This document shows positions 21,101 through 27,593 of a stretch of 32,000 nucleotides of DNA, piece after piece; positions within the stretch are counted from its first letter, which is position 1; each line of letters starts with the position of its first letter. The notes beneath the pieces are model-generated. The model was not told the origin of the DNA, made no database searches, and saw only the letters and a list, made by a program, of their open reading frames with translations. The DNA lies in NCBI RefSeq assembly GCF_021054785.1, contig NZ_CP088239.1, positions 2,100,001 through 2,132,000 on the forward strand. Reading direction: 5' to 3'. A program made the translations under genes and the position numbers. This DNA comes from Tannockella kyphosi. GTDB lineage: Bacteria; Bacillota_I; Bacilli_A; Erysipelotrichales; Coprobacillaceae.

Positions 21101-22215
21101 GTGGGGAATGGATTCAAGTTTTATCTTCAGCAATAGAACATAGTAGCTTAGAAGAAGTACTTTGTATGGTTCGTACTTTAGAAGATGAAGAAGGAAATAT
21201 AGTACAGTTTTTTACAGTATATGATAAGACAAACTTTTTAAGTGCCATAGATATAGAAACATTTGGTGGACAAGCTTTTATACATTTATGTGAAGTAGAT
21301 GGTAGTGCCATTATTATAAGTGGTGATAATAATAACTTGTTTATGGGTGGAGATATGTATGACTTTATTGATACTTTTGATTTTACAAATGAGTTAACAA
21401 CAGATATTGTAAGAACAGATATGGAATCAGGTGATGTATCGTTGTTGAAGTATTTATTAAATGATCAAGAAAGAACAGCAGTGATGGTACCAATAGAAAA
21501 TACAGATTGGTGTATTATTAGTATTATTATTGATGCTACGGTTTTGGATTTTGCGGATACAATGAGTAATATGGCTTTAACATTTGTAAGTGGTATGTTG
21601 GTTATTTTTATGGGTTATATTATATTAGTATGTATGATAGAAGGTAGATATAGCAAAGCATTATCAAAGTCATTAGAAATGAGTAAACGATTAACACATT
21701 CTCTTAAAACAAATATGGAAATTGATCCTTTGACTAGGTTATATAGCCGTGTAGCTGCAGAAGAAAAGATAGCAGAAGTTGTTATGAAGGATAGTTTATT
21801 TGGAGCAAATGTATTGGTTTATGTAGATGTGGATAATTTTAAAACAATTAATGATACCTATGGTCATAAAACAGGTGATATCTATTTACAAGAAGTATCT
21901 TTGGCTATGAAGTCAAATGTTAGAAATAATGATATTATTGGGCGATTAGGTGGCGATGAATTTGTGATGTTATTAAAAGGTGTGGAAGGAAAAGAAGATC
22001 TTCAAAGTATTCTTGATCGTGTTTTAGAAGGCGTGAATGCTGTTGAAATTAAGGGAGTTTCTTTAGATGCAGTTTCCATTAGTGTTGGAATTGTGTTTGT
22101 TCCTAGAGGTGGAGGATCTTATGAAGAGCTTTCACATAAAGCAGATACAGCTCTTTATATGGCAAAACTAGCAGGTAAAAATAAGTACGTATTCTATGAT
22201 GAAATAAATAATTAA
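18145..22215 (+). CDS. Multidomain c-di-GMP signalling protein: FIST sensor, degenerate GGDEF-like, degenerate EAL, TM, Cache-like extracytoplasmic domain, TM, active GGDEF diguanylate cyclase with I-site
   Basis: FIST-like N-terminus (VIGCATSGVTYQGEI, AGAFMLGEFG). EAL-fold motifs GYETIMRL, FINVGRQDL, VVFEIND, IDFIKIR and VRNVET...YTQGPFFSTPIP, with catalytic Asp/Glu positions substituted. TM helices at aa 861-881 and 1143-1165. C-terminal DVDNFKTINDTYGH, RNND-x5-GGDEF (nt 21922-21963), and AKLAGKNKYVFY. Confidence 0.85.
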   Translation: MRYLNILYKGHQNLIDILEQNQFQEEHNCLVRIHTSSLDTSFAMDLASKIKQLLPFANVIGCATSGVTYQGEIYPTDTLISITSFENAKVFSDICCLNHKNKDNLAKYISTSVNDFGATSSFLFLTCFDMPVTHMIRDLEKQSPQTSFIGGLAGYSDEKTGAIATYVFNDKECYDNGYVVGGVSKDYALCYMNTIVGHDPISDSHVITKVNGSYVEEIDNQESLQWIKDQLGLKELTENNQWSDTVQSDILLRIPLVLEGEEGSSRFVQYEQASNKLMLYFSELPAGQKFRMGYLSTVASLTEWQNTYIDLQNTSVEYIFTYSCLFRRMYLDNLSKVELQPFTNDDIAGAFMLGEFGTKNDVSRFYNGTCCIVTFAEKENYLKIAFQDANSLVDIQNNQNLTLDFHEFKDRLDNKKGTLIHRIESREEVSNHMFFDTNSQFTKTMSMFVLERFQNDTSKLCLITNHIVGLDNNRVDDKDKRIVLQELIEICKDYLEKFNEGLQFDFYYFTVDSFFFTIRGEKNNVKIIELTKALYTYLNKQVNKYKTYKIYNSFTISLEVAKIENMLASQSKPKIEGYKHCFSIYHGEDQVSLLQNEFEIVSTLKSIIERQVIVPYVQGIYDNKKGEFVGYETIMRLISDSGEVLFPENFFDVAKKYGLYLDLNYILVSKVLDYIDGKEEMVFINVGRQDLVSNAFIKMVGEKLHQNKVVFEINDIKEFSDMQELEKVIRQFMKLDIKFGINVVDSLDIKCLEEMESKKLSIDFIKIRSKQYTNILNDSTWKLRFFHLKRILHAEMMVRNVETASMQKSVIENSVRYTQGPFFSTPIPLEESSSFFKTNEMSIEDYDEQAYRKNNRTLKKLSFAGMIFIVLCAFIGSWVFINQSYHVVEQMNDEFLLELATSSSNQVSATAERYVDELILVSDSLLLNGWQEDTLIENLSVYDNTALYDEIYVSYNNAVPVNASGEQLVVDWSLEGELEPLYSESSGEWIQVLSSAIEHSSLEEVLCMVRTLEDEEGNIVQFFTVYDKTNFLSAIDIETFGGQAFIHLCEVDGSAIIISGDNNNLFMGGDMYDFIDTFDFTNELTTDIVRTDMESGDVSLLKYLLNDQERTAVMVPIENTDWCIISIIIDATVLDFADTMSNMALTFVSGMLVIFMGYIILVCMIEGRYSKALSKSLEMSKRLTHSLKTNMEIDPLTRLYSRVAAEEKIAEVVMKDSLFGANVLVYVDVDNFKTINDTYGHKTGDIYLQEVSLAMKSNVRNNDIIGRLGGDEFVMLLKGVEGKEDLQSILDRVLEGVNAVEIKGVSLDAVSISVGIVFVPRGGGSYEELSHKADTALYMAKLAGKNKYVFYDEINN

Positions 22216-22235
22216 AAGAAGAGGCTGTAACGCAT
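22216..22235 (+). repeat. Left terminal inverted repeat of the IS (AAGAAGAGGCTGTAACGCAT)
   Basis: Exact reverse complement of 24063-24082. Confidence 0.85.
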
Positions 22236-22264
22236 TAATAAAATAAGATTTGTTTACATTATGG

Positions 22265-22305
22265 AAAAAGGCGCAGAATTCAAGATGAATTCTAACGCCT
22301 TTTTT
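22265..22305 (+). terminator. Inward-facing intrinsic terminator inside the IS left end
   Basis: aggcg (22269-22273) pairs with cgcct (22296-22300), and agaattc (22275-22281) pairs with gaattct (22287-22293), followed by T6. It lies upstream of the transposase promoter. Confidence 0.6.
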
Positions 22306-22313
22306 GGTATAAT
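22305..22313 (+). promoter_or_regulatory. Perfect extended -10 (TGgTATAAT) for the transposase, probably giving a leaderless mRNA
   Basis: TATAAT ends at 22313 and the transposase ATG starts at 22320, 7 nt downstream. No Shine-Dalgarno sequence lies between them. Confidence 0.45.
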
Positions 22314-22319
22314 AATTGT

Positions 22320-23903
22320 ATGGAAAACTCGACTTTAACATACAATACTACACCAATTTCCATAACCTATAATAGCACATTCCAAATGAAATTACCATTA
22401 GACATTTACACGGTTTTACCTAATGATGATTACTTAACATCTTTCGTAGAAATTATGAAAGGACTTGATGTTGCCAAGTATTTGAGCCAACCTTTCCCTC
22501 ATGTAGGGAATAAGGGATACGACCCTAAAATGATGTTGAATGTTGTCCTGTTTGGATTCATGGAGAAGGTACCTAGTCTAAGAGAACTAGAAAAATTATG
22601 TCGTACAGATATTCGTTATATTTATTTAGCTGATGGTTCTACACCTAGTCATCAGTCTTTTAAGCGTTTCATGGATAAGTATTTAAAAGTACAAGTGAGA
22701 GATATTTTTTATGATATTAATGAACGATTAAAAGCACTTGACAACATAGATACTTCAGCGCTTTATATCGATGGTACAAAGATAGAAGCGAACGCAAAAA
22801 AGAACAGCTTTGTATGGAAGAAAGCAACAATAGGATATCAAGCAAAATTGTTTGATAAGGTATCAAAAATACTACCTGATATAAACAAATTAGTTTCTAC
22901 TAGTTATTCTATTCAACCTCGTTATTCATCTCTATTGCTTGGCGAGATAGCTGATAGACTAATGAAGGAAGCAACTGCTCAAGGAATAACGTTTGTTTAT
23001 GGAAAAGGAACAAGAAAAAGCTTATTACAACGAGTTTTTGATGATGTTCTAAGTTACTATCTATCTGCTAGTAAGTATGAAGAACAGTTAAAAATATGTG
23101 GGGATAGAAATAGTTACTCTAAAACAGATCATGACGCAACTATGATGAATATGAAGTATGACTATTATAATCAAACTGGAGTCTTTAAACCAGGCTACAA
23201 TATACAAATAGGAGTCAGTGACGAATACATCATGCATCTAGATATTTATAGTAATCCAACCGACACAAAAACATTTATCCCATTTATGGAACGCTATAAA
23301 GAATATTATGGAGAATTACCAACATATCCTGTTGGAGATGCAGGATATGGAAGTTATGATAATTATATGTACTGTATAAAAAATGGAATGAATTTATCTA
23401 TGAAGTATAATTATTATGCGATAAAGAATAGTACAAAGTTTAAAAAGAAAATATATCATATACTAAATTTCAAGAAAGATGAAAAAGGAAAATATGTATG
23501 TCCTCAAGGACATACATTCAATATAGATGAAGGGGAAGTATACAATGAAAAAGGAGTATATACCCAAGTACATAGTCGATATAGTTGTGGGAAATGCCAT
23601 AATTGTCCAGTAAAAAATAAGTGTACAAAATCAACAGGAGAAAGAGTCCTCAACATAAATGTAACTCTTAATCAAATGCAAGAAGAAGTGGATGAAATAT
23701 TATCTACTGAATTAGGGAAACAATTAAAATCAAATAGATCAAGTCAAGCAGAAGGAACATTTGGTTTAATAAAACAAGACCTTGGATATCAAAGAATACG
23801 AAGAAGAAAAACAGAAAATGTGAAATTAGAACTCATGTTACTGTCAATAGGATATAATTTGCGAAAATATCATCATAAAAAACACAGGAACGCTACGCAC
23901 TAA
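22320..23903 (+). CDS. IS1182-family DDE transposase
   Basis: N-terminal LPLDIYTVLPNDDYLTSFVEIMKGLD (InsH-N-like). DDE candidates LYIDGTKIEANA, VGDAGYGSYDN and QAEGTFGLIKQ. Cys-rich CPQGH...CGKCHNCPVKNKCTKS. C-terminal RRRKTENVKLELMLLSIGYNLRK. Confidence 0.9.
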   Translation: MENSTLTYNTTPISITYNSTFQMKLPLDIYTVLPNDDYLTSFVEIMKGLDVAKYLSQPFPHVGNKGYDPKMMLNVVLFGFMEKVPSLRELEKLCRTDIRYIYLADGSTPSHQSFKRFMDKYLKVQVRDIFYDINERLKALDNIDTSALYIDGTKIEANAKKNSFVWKKATIGYQAKLFDKVSKILPDINKLVSTSYSIQPRYSSLLLGEIADRLMKEATAQGITFVYGKGTRKSLLQRVFDDVLSYYLSASKYEEQLKICGDRNSYSKTDHDATMMNMKYDYYNQTGVFKPGYNIQIGVSDEYIMHLDIYSNPTDTKTFIPFMERYKEYYGELPTYPVGDAGYGSYDNYMYCIKNGMNLSMKYNYYAIKNSTKFKKKIYHILNFKKDEKGKYVCPQGHTFNIDEGEVYNEKGVYTQVHSRYSCGKCHNCPVKNKCTKSTGERVLNINVTLNQMQEEVDEILSTELGKQLKSNRSSQAEGTFGLIKQDLGYQRIRRRKTENVKLELMLLSIGYNLRKYHHKKHRNATH

Positions 23904-24027
23904 TTTAGATAAATAAGAAAATGAAAGAACGAAAAACGTGTTCTACTTTTTATTATGTCCCAAAATGTGAATAACTTCTTATTTTTTTCTGATTAACATA
24001 AATTCCTAAAAATAAGGGTAGCAAACT

Positions 24028-24075
24028 AAAAAAAGGCTAACGCCAAAGATTTAAAAATCTTTATGCGTTACAGCC
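24028..24075 (-). terminator. Inward-facing intrinsic terminator inside the IS right end (minus strand)
   Basis: On the - strand: ggctgtaacgc ... aaagat / atcttt ... gcgttagcc, followed by T7. The hairpin uses part of the right IR. Confidence 0.5.
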
Positions 24076-24082
24076 TCTTCTT
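24063..24082 (-). repeat. Right terminal inverted repeat of the IS
   Basis: ATGCGTTACAGCCTCTTCTT is the exact reverse complement of 22216-22235. Confidence 0.85.
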
Positions 24083-24085
24083 ATA

Positions 24086-24110
24086 ATAAAAAGGAATCCT
24101 TCGATTCCTT
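24086..24110 (-). terminator. Intrinsic terminator of the NlpC/P60 gene
   Basis: aaggaatc (24091-24098) / cttc / gattcctt (24103-24110). A T-run follows only on the - strand. It overlaps the stop codon. Confidence 0.6.
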
Positions 24111-25344
24111 AATATAAACGTCGATAATTACAAACTCCTAAAGCTGCATCTAAAGATGCTAAAGAACTGATTTTTACACATTCATTTACTTTATTACCTA
24201 GGGTTGTCGATCCATAACCTGATGCATGAATTACCATGCCATTACCAATATAAATACCAATATGGAAGACAGTCCCAGAACCACCATTAAAGGTAACTAC
24301 ATCACCAGCTTGTAAATTACTATAGCTAACAGCAGTACCCATTTTAGAATAACCATTTGCTGTTGTACGAACAATACTAACACCAGCTTGACGATGAGCC
24401 CAAGCTACTAAACCAGAACAGTCAAAGTAAATAGCGTTAGGATTATCTAATCCTTGACCATCACCATAACCCCCTCCTGGTGCTCCCCACCAGTATAAAC
24501 ATCCAAGTTTAGATATTGCAAGTTCAGCAATCGCATTTCCAAGTTCCGAATCACCAGGTTCATAACTACTGCTCGAACCAGTACTACTTGATGTATTTAA
24601 GGCAGCGAATGATGCAGAAATCGCATCTTCTACAATTTTCATATCATCTGACAAGGCATCAGAGGATGCTGTTGCAGATTCTAATAGCGCAAGTTGTTCA
24701 TCGAATAAAGCATTATATTCCGCTTGTAATGTAACTTGTGCTTCTTTATCAGCTTCTAAAGAAATAAGTGTTTCGGACATTAAATCTTTTTGATCATCTA
24801 ATTGAGCTTTATCTAAAAGTAAGCTTTCAATTAATTCATTATCATAAGCAGTTAATTCATTAATACTACTAATACGTGAAAACATATCGGAAAAGCTACT
24901 AGAACTAAAGATAAATTGTAAGAAAGAATCACTATTCATATAAGATTGCATCGCATACATGCGTTCTTTAATTGTATCTTCTTTTGTTTCAATATCTTCT
25001 TCTAAATTAACAATAGAAGCATTTAAGTATTCTAATTGTTTTTCTTGTTCTTCAATAGCAGTTTCTGTTTCTTCTATTTGACTAGCAATACTAGTAAGAC
25101 TAGTTTCAAGAGAATCTAATTCATCTTCTGCATCATCAATATCATCTTGTAAATCATCACTCTTTTCAGTCAAATAACTACTAAAATCACGACAAGTATC
25201 AATTTGACTAGAAGATAAAGTACTTGATGAACATAACGTATAATAATAATCTTCATCATCAGCAAAATCATCAGCACTAACATTATTAGGGAAACAAACA
25301 ATCAATAAACAAATAGCAATGATTGTTACTAATATTTTTTTCAT
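24109..25344 (-). CDS. Secreted coiled-coil + C-terminal NlpC/P60 peptidoglycan endopeptidase (CwlO/PcsB-like architecture)
   Basis: Signal peptide MKKILVTIIAICLLIVCFPNNVSA. Long acidic heptad-like region. Ser-rich linker SSSTGSSSS. NlpC/P60 catalytic FDCSGLVAWAHRQAG and HIGIYIGNGMVIHA. Confidence 0.85.
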   Translation of the reverse strand: MKKILVTIIAICLLIVCFPNNVSADDFADDEDYYYTLCSSSTLSSSQIDTCRDFSSYLTEKSDDLQDDIDDAEDELDSLETSLTSIASQIEETETAIEEQEKQLEYLNASIVNLEEDIETKEDTIKERMYAMQSYMNSDSFLQFIFSSSSFSDMFSRISSINELTAYDNELIESLLLDKAQLDDQKDLMSETLISLEADKEAQVTLQAEYNALFDEQLALLESATASSDALSDDMKIVEDAISASFAALNTSSSTGSSSSYEPGDSELGNAIAELAISKLGCLYWWGAPGGGYGDGQGLDNPNAIYFDCSGLVAWAHRQAGVSIVRTTANGYSKMGTAVSYSNLQAGDVVTFNGGSGTVFHIGIYIGNGMVIHASGYGSTTLGNKVNECVKISSLASLDAALGVCNYRRLY

Positions 25345-25457
25345 CTGACCACCTCATCTTTCCAACATATTATAACATAGATAGACAAACAGGAAAATGA
25401 AAAGATAACTTTAACATATTTTAAGATAGTCACATATACTAACTTGAGGAGGTTACA

Positions 25458-26453
25458 ATGATAACAAAAGGAATTGATGTTTCTCAATATCAAGGCATGA
25501 TTGATTGGGAAACAGTAAAAAGAGAAATAGACTATGCAATTATAAGAGTAGGTTATGGACAAGATCAAGAAGATCAAGATGATAAAATGTTTCAACGGAA
25601 TATAACAGAATGTACTCGTTTAAAAATACCCTTTGGAGTATATTTATATTCTTATGCTAGAACTACTAGCCAAGCAGTTGGGGAAGCAAATCATGTTTTA
25701 CGACTAATACGAGGATATAAGCTAGATTATCCTGTCTATTATGATTTAGAAGATGAAAAAACAACCGGACAAGAAAGTAATGAACAAATAGCATTAATAG
25801 CAAAAACATTTGGAGATATCTTAGAAAAAGAAAACTATTATGTTGGAATCTATTCTTCATTTAGTTGGTTTCAAACAAAATTAATAGATCCTATTTTTTC
25901 ACAATATACCAAGTGGATAGCAAGATATAGCAAAGAATTGAATTATAATGGTAGTGTTGGAATGTGGCAATATAGTGATGATGGTAGAGTTCGTGGGATT
26001 CAAGGACCAGTTGATTTAAATGAATGTTATGTTGATTTTCCTAGTCGTATGAAACAATTAGGATTAAATGGATATCAACAAATGTATCAAATAAAAGACA
26101 TGGTATTATTCCATCATGTCTTCTTAACGTCAAAAAGTACGACACCATTAAAACCATATCAAACAATAGGGACAATTACTAAGATTGTACCAAATGCTAG
26201 AAATCCTTATTTAATAGGAAAGGATCAAGGATGGGTAAATAATCAAGTAATAGAAGCTAGAGTTATTTATTTAAGTAATCCTGATTATATTGGTAATTCT
26301 ATAGTAGATGGACTAAAAGAAATAGGAGCAGATTCTTCTTTTTCAAATCGGACTCGAATTGCTATGTTGAATGGGATCCAGGATTATAGCGGGACTAGCA
26401 AACAAAATGAAGAATTATTACAATTATTAAAAAATGGAAAATTATTGAGTTAA
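25458..26453 (+). CDS. GH25 muramidase (lysozyme) with C-terminal SH3-like/cell-wall-binding modules and no signal peptide
   Basis: Starts directly with the GH25 signature MITKGIDVSQYQGMIDWETVK. YLYSYA and PVDLNE motifs. RBS gaggagg. The C-terminal ~120 aa are non-catalytic. Confidence 0.85.
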   Translation: MITKGIDVSQYQGMIDWETVKREIDYAIIRVGYGQDQEDQDDKMFQRNITECTRLKIPFGVYLYSYARTTSQAVGEANHVLRLIRGYKLDYPVYYDLEDEKTTGQESNEQIALIAKTFGDILEKENYYVGIYSSFSWFQTKLIDPIFSQYTKWIARYSKELNYNGSVGMWQYSDDGRVRGIQGPVDLNECYVDFPSRMKQLGLNGYQQMYQIKDMVLFHHVFLTSKSTTPLKPYQTIGTITKIVPNARNPYLIGKDQGWVNNQVIEARVIYLSNPDYIGNSIVDGLKEIGADSSFSNRTRIAMLNGIQDYSGTSKQNEELLQLLKNGKLLS

Positions 26454-26948
26454 AAGACAAGTAACATAAGTTTCATGTAAATTAGAGAGTAAATCAAGAT
26501 GAATTAAATCTTCTTGTTTTATTCTCTCTAACAAATGGATAACGCTCTTATCTTTAATAGTATGAATAAGTGTGGTAGTATACTCAATAATTTGTATTTC
26601 TAAAAGAATACTATTCTTTAAAGCACAAATAGGATCAATATGATATTGACAATAAAAAGGATTCCAATAATCAATATGATCATTATCAATAGTCCATAAC
26701 CTAGGTTCAATACCATATTGATAAACACAATCCATTAATAATTCTAAATGATTATTTTTAATCGCTTTTATATAAAAGAAAGTATCTTTTAATGATCCTT
26801 CAAAAACACAATAATGATATGTATACAAATGAAACACACTAGCCTTTGAATAAATACCAGCTAATAATTTTAATAAAGCTTCCCCATCTTCTCTATTTTT
26901 ATTTAATAAGTGAACACAAGGATAAGGGCTATTTATTTTATAGTTCAT
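26442..26948 (-). CDS. Hypothetical ferritin-like / Mn-catalase (CotJC)-like superfamily protein
   Basis: The ATG at 26948 is preceded by gaggtgag. The track start at 27035 lies inside the upstream GNAT gene and its terminator. Helical pattern YP...LL..AG.YS....Y.Y, NNHLELL, LLEIQIIEY and IKQEDLIHLDLL resembles di-metal four-helix-bundle proteins. This weak call is made by eye. Confidence 0.4.
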   Translation of the reverse strand: MNYKINSPYPCVHLLNKNREDGEALLKLLAGIYSKASVFHLYTYHYCVFEGSLKDTFFYIKAIKNNHLELLMDCVYQYGIEPRLWTIDNDHIDYWNPFYCQYHIDPICALKNSILLEIQIIEYTTTLIHTIKDKSVIHLLERIKQEDLIHLDLLSNLHETYVTCLLTQ

Positions 26949-26975
26949 TTTCTCACCTCTACATACTTTATGAGA

Positions 26976-27006
26976 AAACAAAAAAAGTATTCTAAGAAAT
27001 ACTTTT
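26976..27006 (-). terminator. Intrinsic terminator after the GNAT gene (minus strand)
   Basis: aaaagtatt (26983-26991) / ctaaga / aatactttt (26998-27006). On the - strand it is followed by TTTTTTGTTTT. Confidence 0.55.
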
Positions 27007-27489
27007 TTGAAAAGCCAAACGTAAGCCACCATCATCTAAATAAATAGTACCACAATGAATAAAACCATTTTTAGCTAAGAATGCTTGCATCCTTTTATTA
27101 TCAGGATGGGTATCAATCTTAATATTTTTATAAGTTGGAAATAATGCAAAAGCTTGTTCTATACAATAAGTAGCTACTCCTTTAGAAAGTGCTTCTTTTT
27201 TAGTAGCAATACGATGAATAACAATACAAGGATCTAAGTTTAACCAAGCTCCCTCAATATAATCATACGATGCTTCTTTTCTAATACTAATCATACAACT
27301 AGCAAATACCCCACCATCTATTTCTACAACATAAGCTTCCTCATTTTTAATATCTTGAGCTACCACCTCTTTATTTGGATAACCATCTTGCCATTGATCA
27401 ATCCCACTCGCTTTCATACTAGCTTTGGCATCATTTAAAATTTGTTCGACTGCATCTAAATCTTGTGTTGTTGTTTTTCTAAGTAACAT
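26992..27489 (-). CDS. GNAT family N-acetyltransferase
   Basis: HRIATKKEALSKGVATYCIEQA (acetyl-CoA motif A region) and a C-terminal FLAKNGF motif. Confidence 0.8.
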   Translation of the reverse strand: MLLRKTTTQDLDAVEQILNDAKASMKASGIDQWQDGYPNKEVVAQDIKNEEAYVVEIDGGVFASCMISIRKEASYDYIEGAWLNLDPCIVIHRIATKKEALSKGVATYCIEQAFALFPTYKNIKIDTHPDNKRMQAFLAKNGFIHCGTIYLDDGGLRLAFQKSIS

Positions 27490-27593
27490 ATATAACCCCT
27501 CCTAAAACAATACAATAATAACATAAAAAATATGAAAAACCTATACTCTTCATAAACAATAAGCGGTATACTAAAGGAAGGTAGGTGAAGGAT

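Larger units (their letters stand above)
22216..24082 (+). mobile_element. Intact IS1182-family (IS5-related DDE) insertion sequence, ~1.87 kb
   Basis: Perfect 20-bp terminal inverted repeats enclose one 527-aa DDE transposase gene. The size fits the family. Flanked by the imperfect 8-mers ATAATTAA (22208-22215) and ATAATAAA (24083-24090). Confidence 0.85.

Noticed and set aside
20259-21311. Antisense ORFs 20259-20654, 20948-21133 and 21114-21311 inside the large signalling gene
   Set aside because: The + strand frame is continuous across 4 kb with recognisable EAL, Cache and GGDEF motifs. The antisense frames show no motifs or RBS.
23904-24027. 16-codon ORF (ATG at 23918, MKERKTCSTFYYVPKCE) and a small hairpin downstream of the transposase
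   Set aside because: It has no RBS and lies in the untranslated right arm of the IS. It is more simply the transposase 3' UTR with a weak terminator-like hairpin (agaac...gttct plus a T-run).
22208-24090. Clean 8-bp target-site duplication for the IS
   Set aside because: The flanking 8-mers differ at one position (ATAATTAA vs ATAATAAA) and are pure A/T, so chance similarity cannot be excluded. It is reported only as a possibility.
25345-25457. c-di-AMP (ydaO-type) riboswitch upstream of the NlpC/P60 gene
   Set aside because: The spacer is only 113 bp and is shared with the GH25 promoter. The candidate -10 (TGTTATAAT on the - strand) leaves a ~20-nt 5' UTR, far too short for that riboswitch.
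24516-25860. ORFs 24516-24734 (+), 25341-25595 (-) and 25666-25860 (-)
   Set aside because: The first is antisense to the NlpC/P60 gene. The second spans the divergent promoter spacer and the GH25 start. The third is antisense to GH25. None has an RBS or motif.
26949-27035. N-terminal extension of the ferritin-like ORF (track start 27035)
   Set aside because: It would overlap the GNAT gene 3' end and run through its terminator. The internal ATG at 26948 has a gaggtgag RBS.
24109-27489. Prophage remnant or defence islet next to the IS (hydrolases, ferritin-like protein, GNAT)
   Set aside because: There are no integrase, holin, capsid, tail, repressor, nuclease, ATPase or methylase genes. Apart from the endolysin-like GH25 enzyme, the genes are ordinary metabolic or cell-wall functions.
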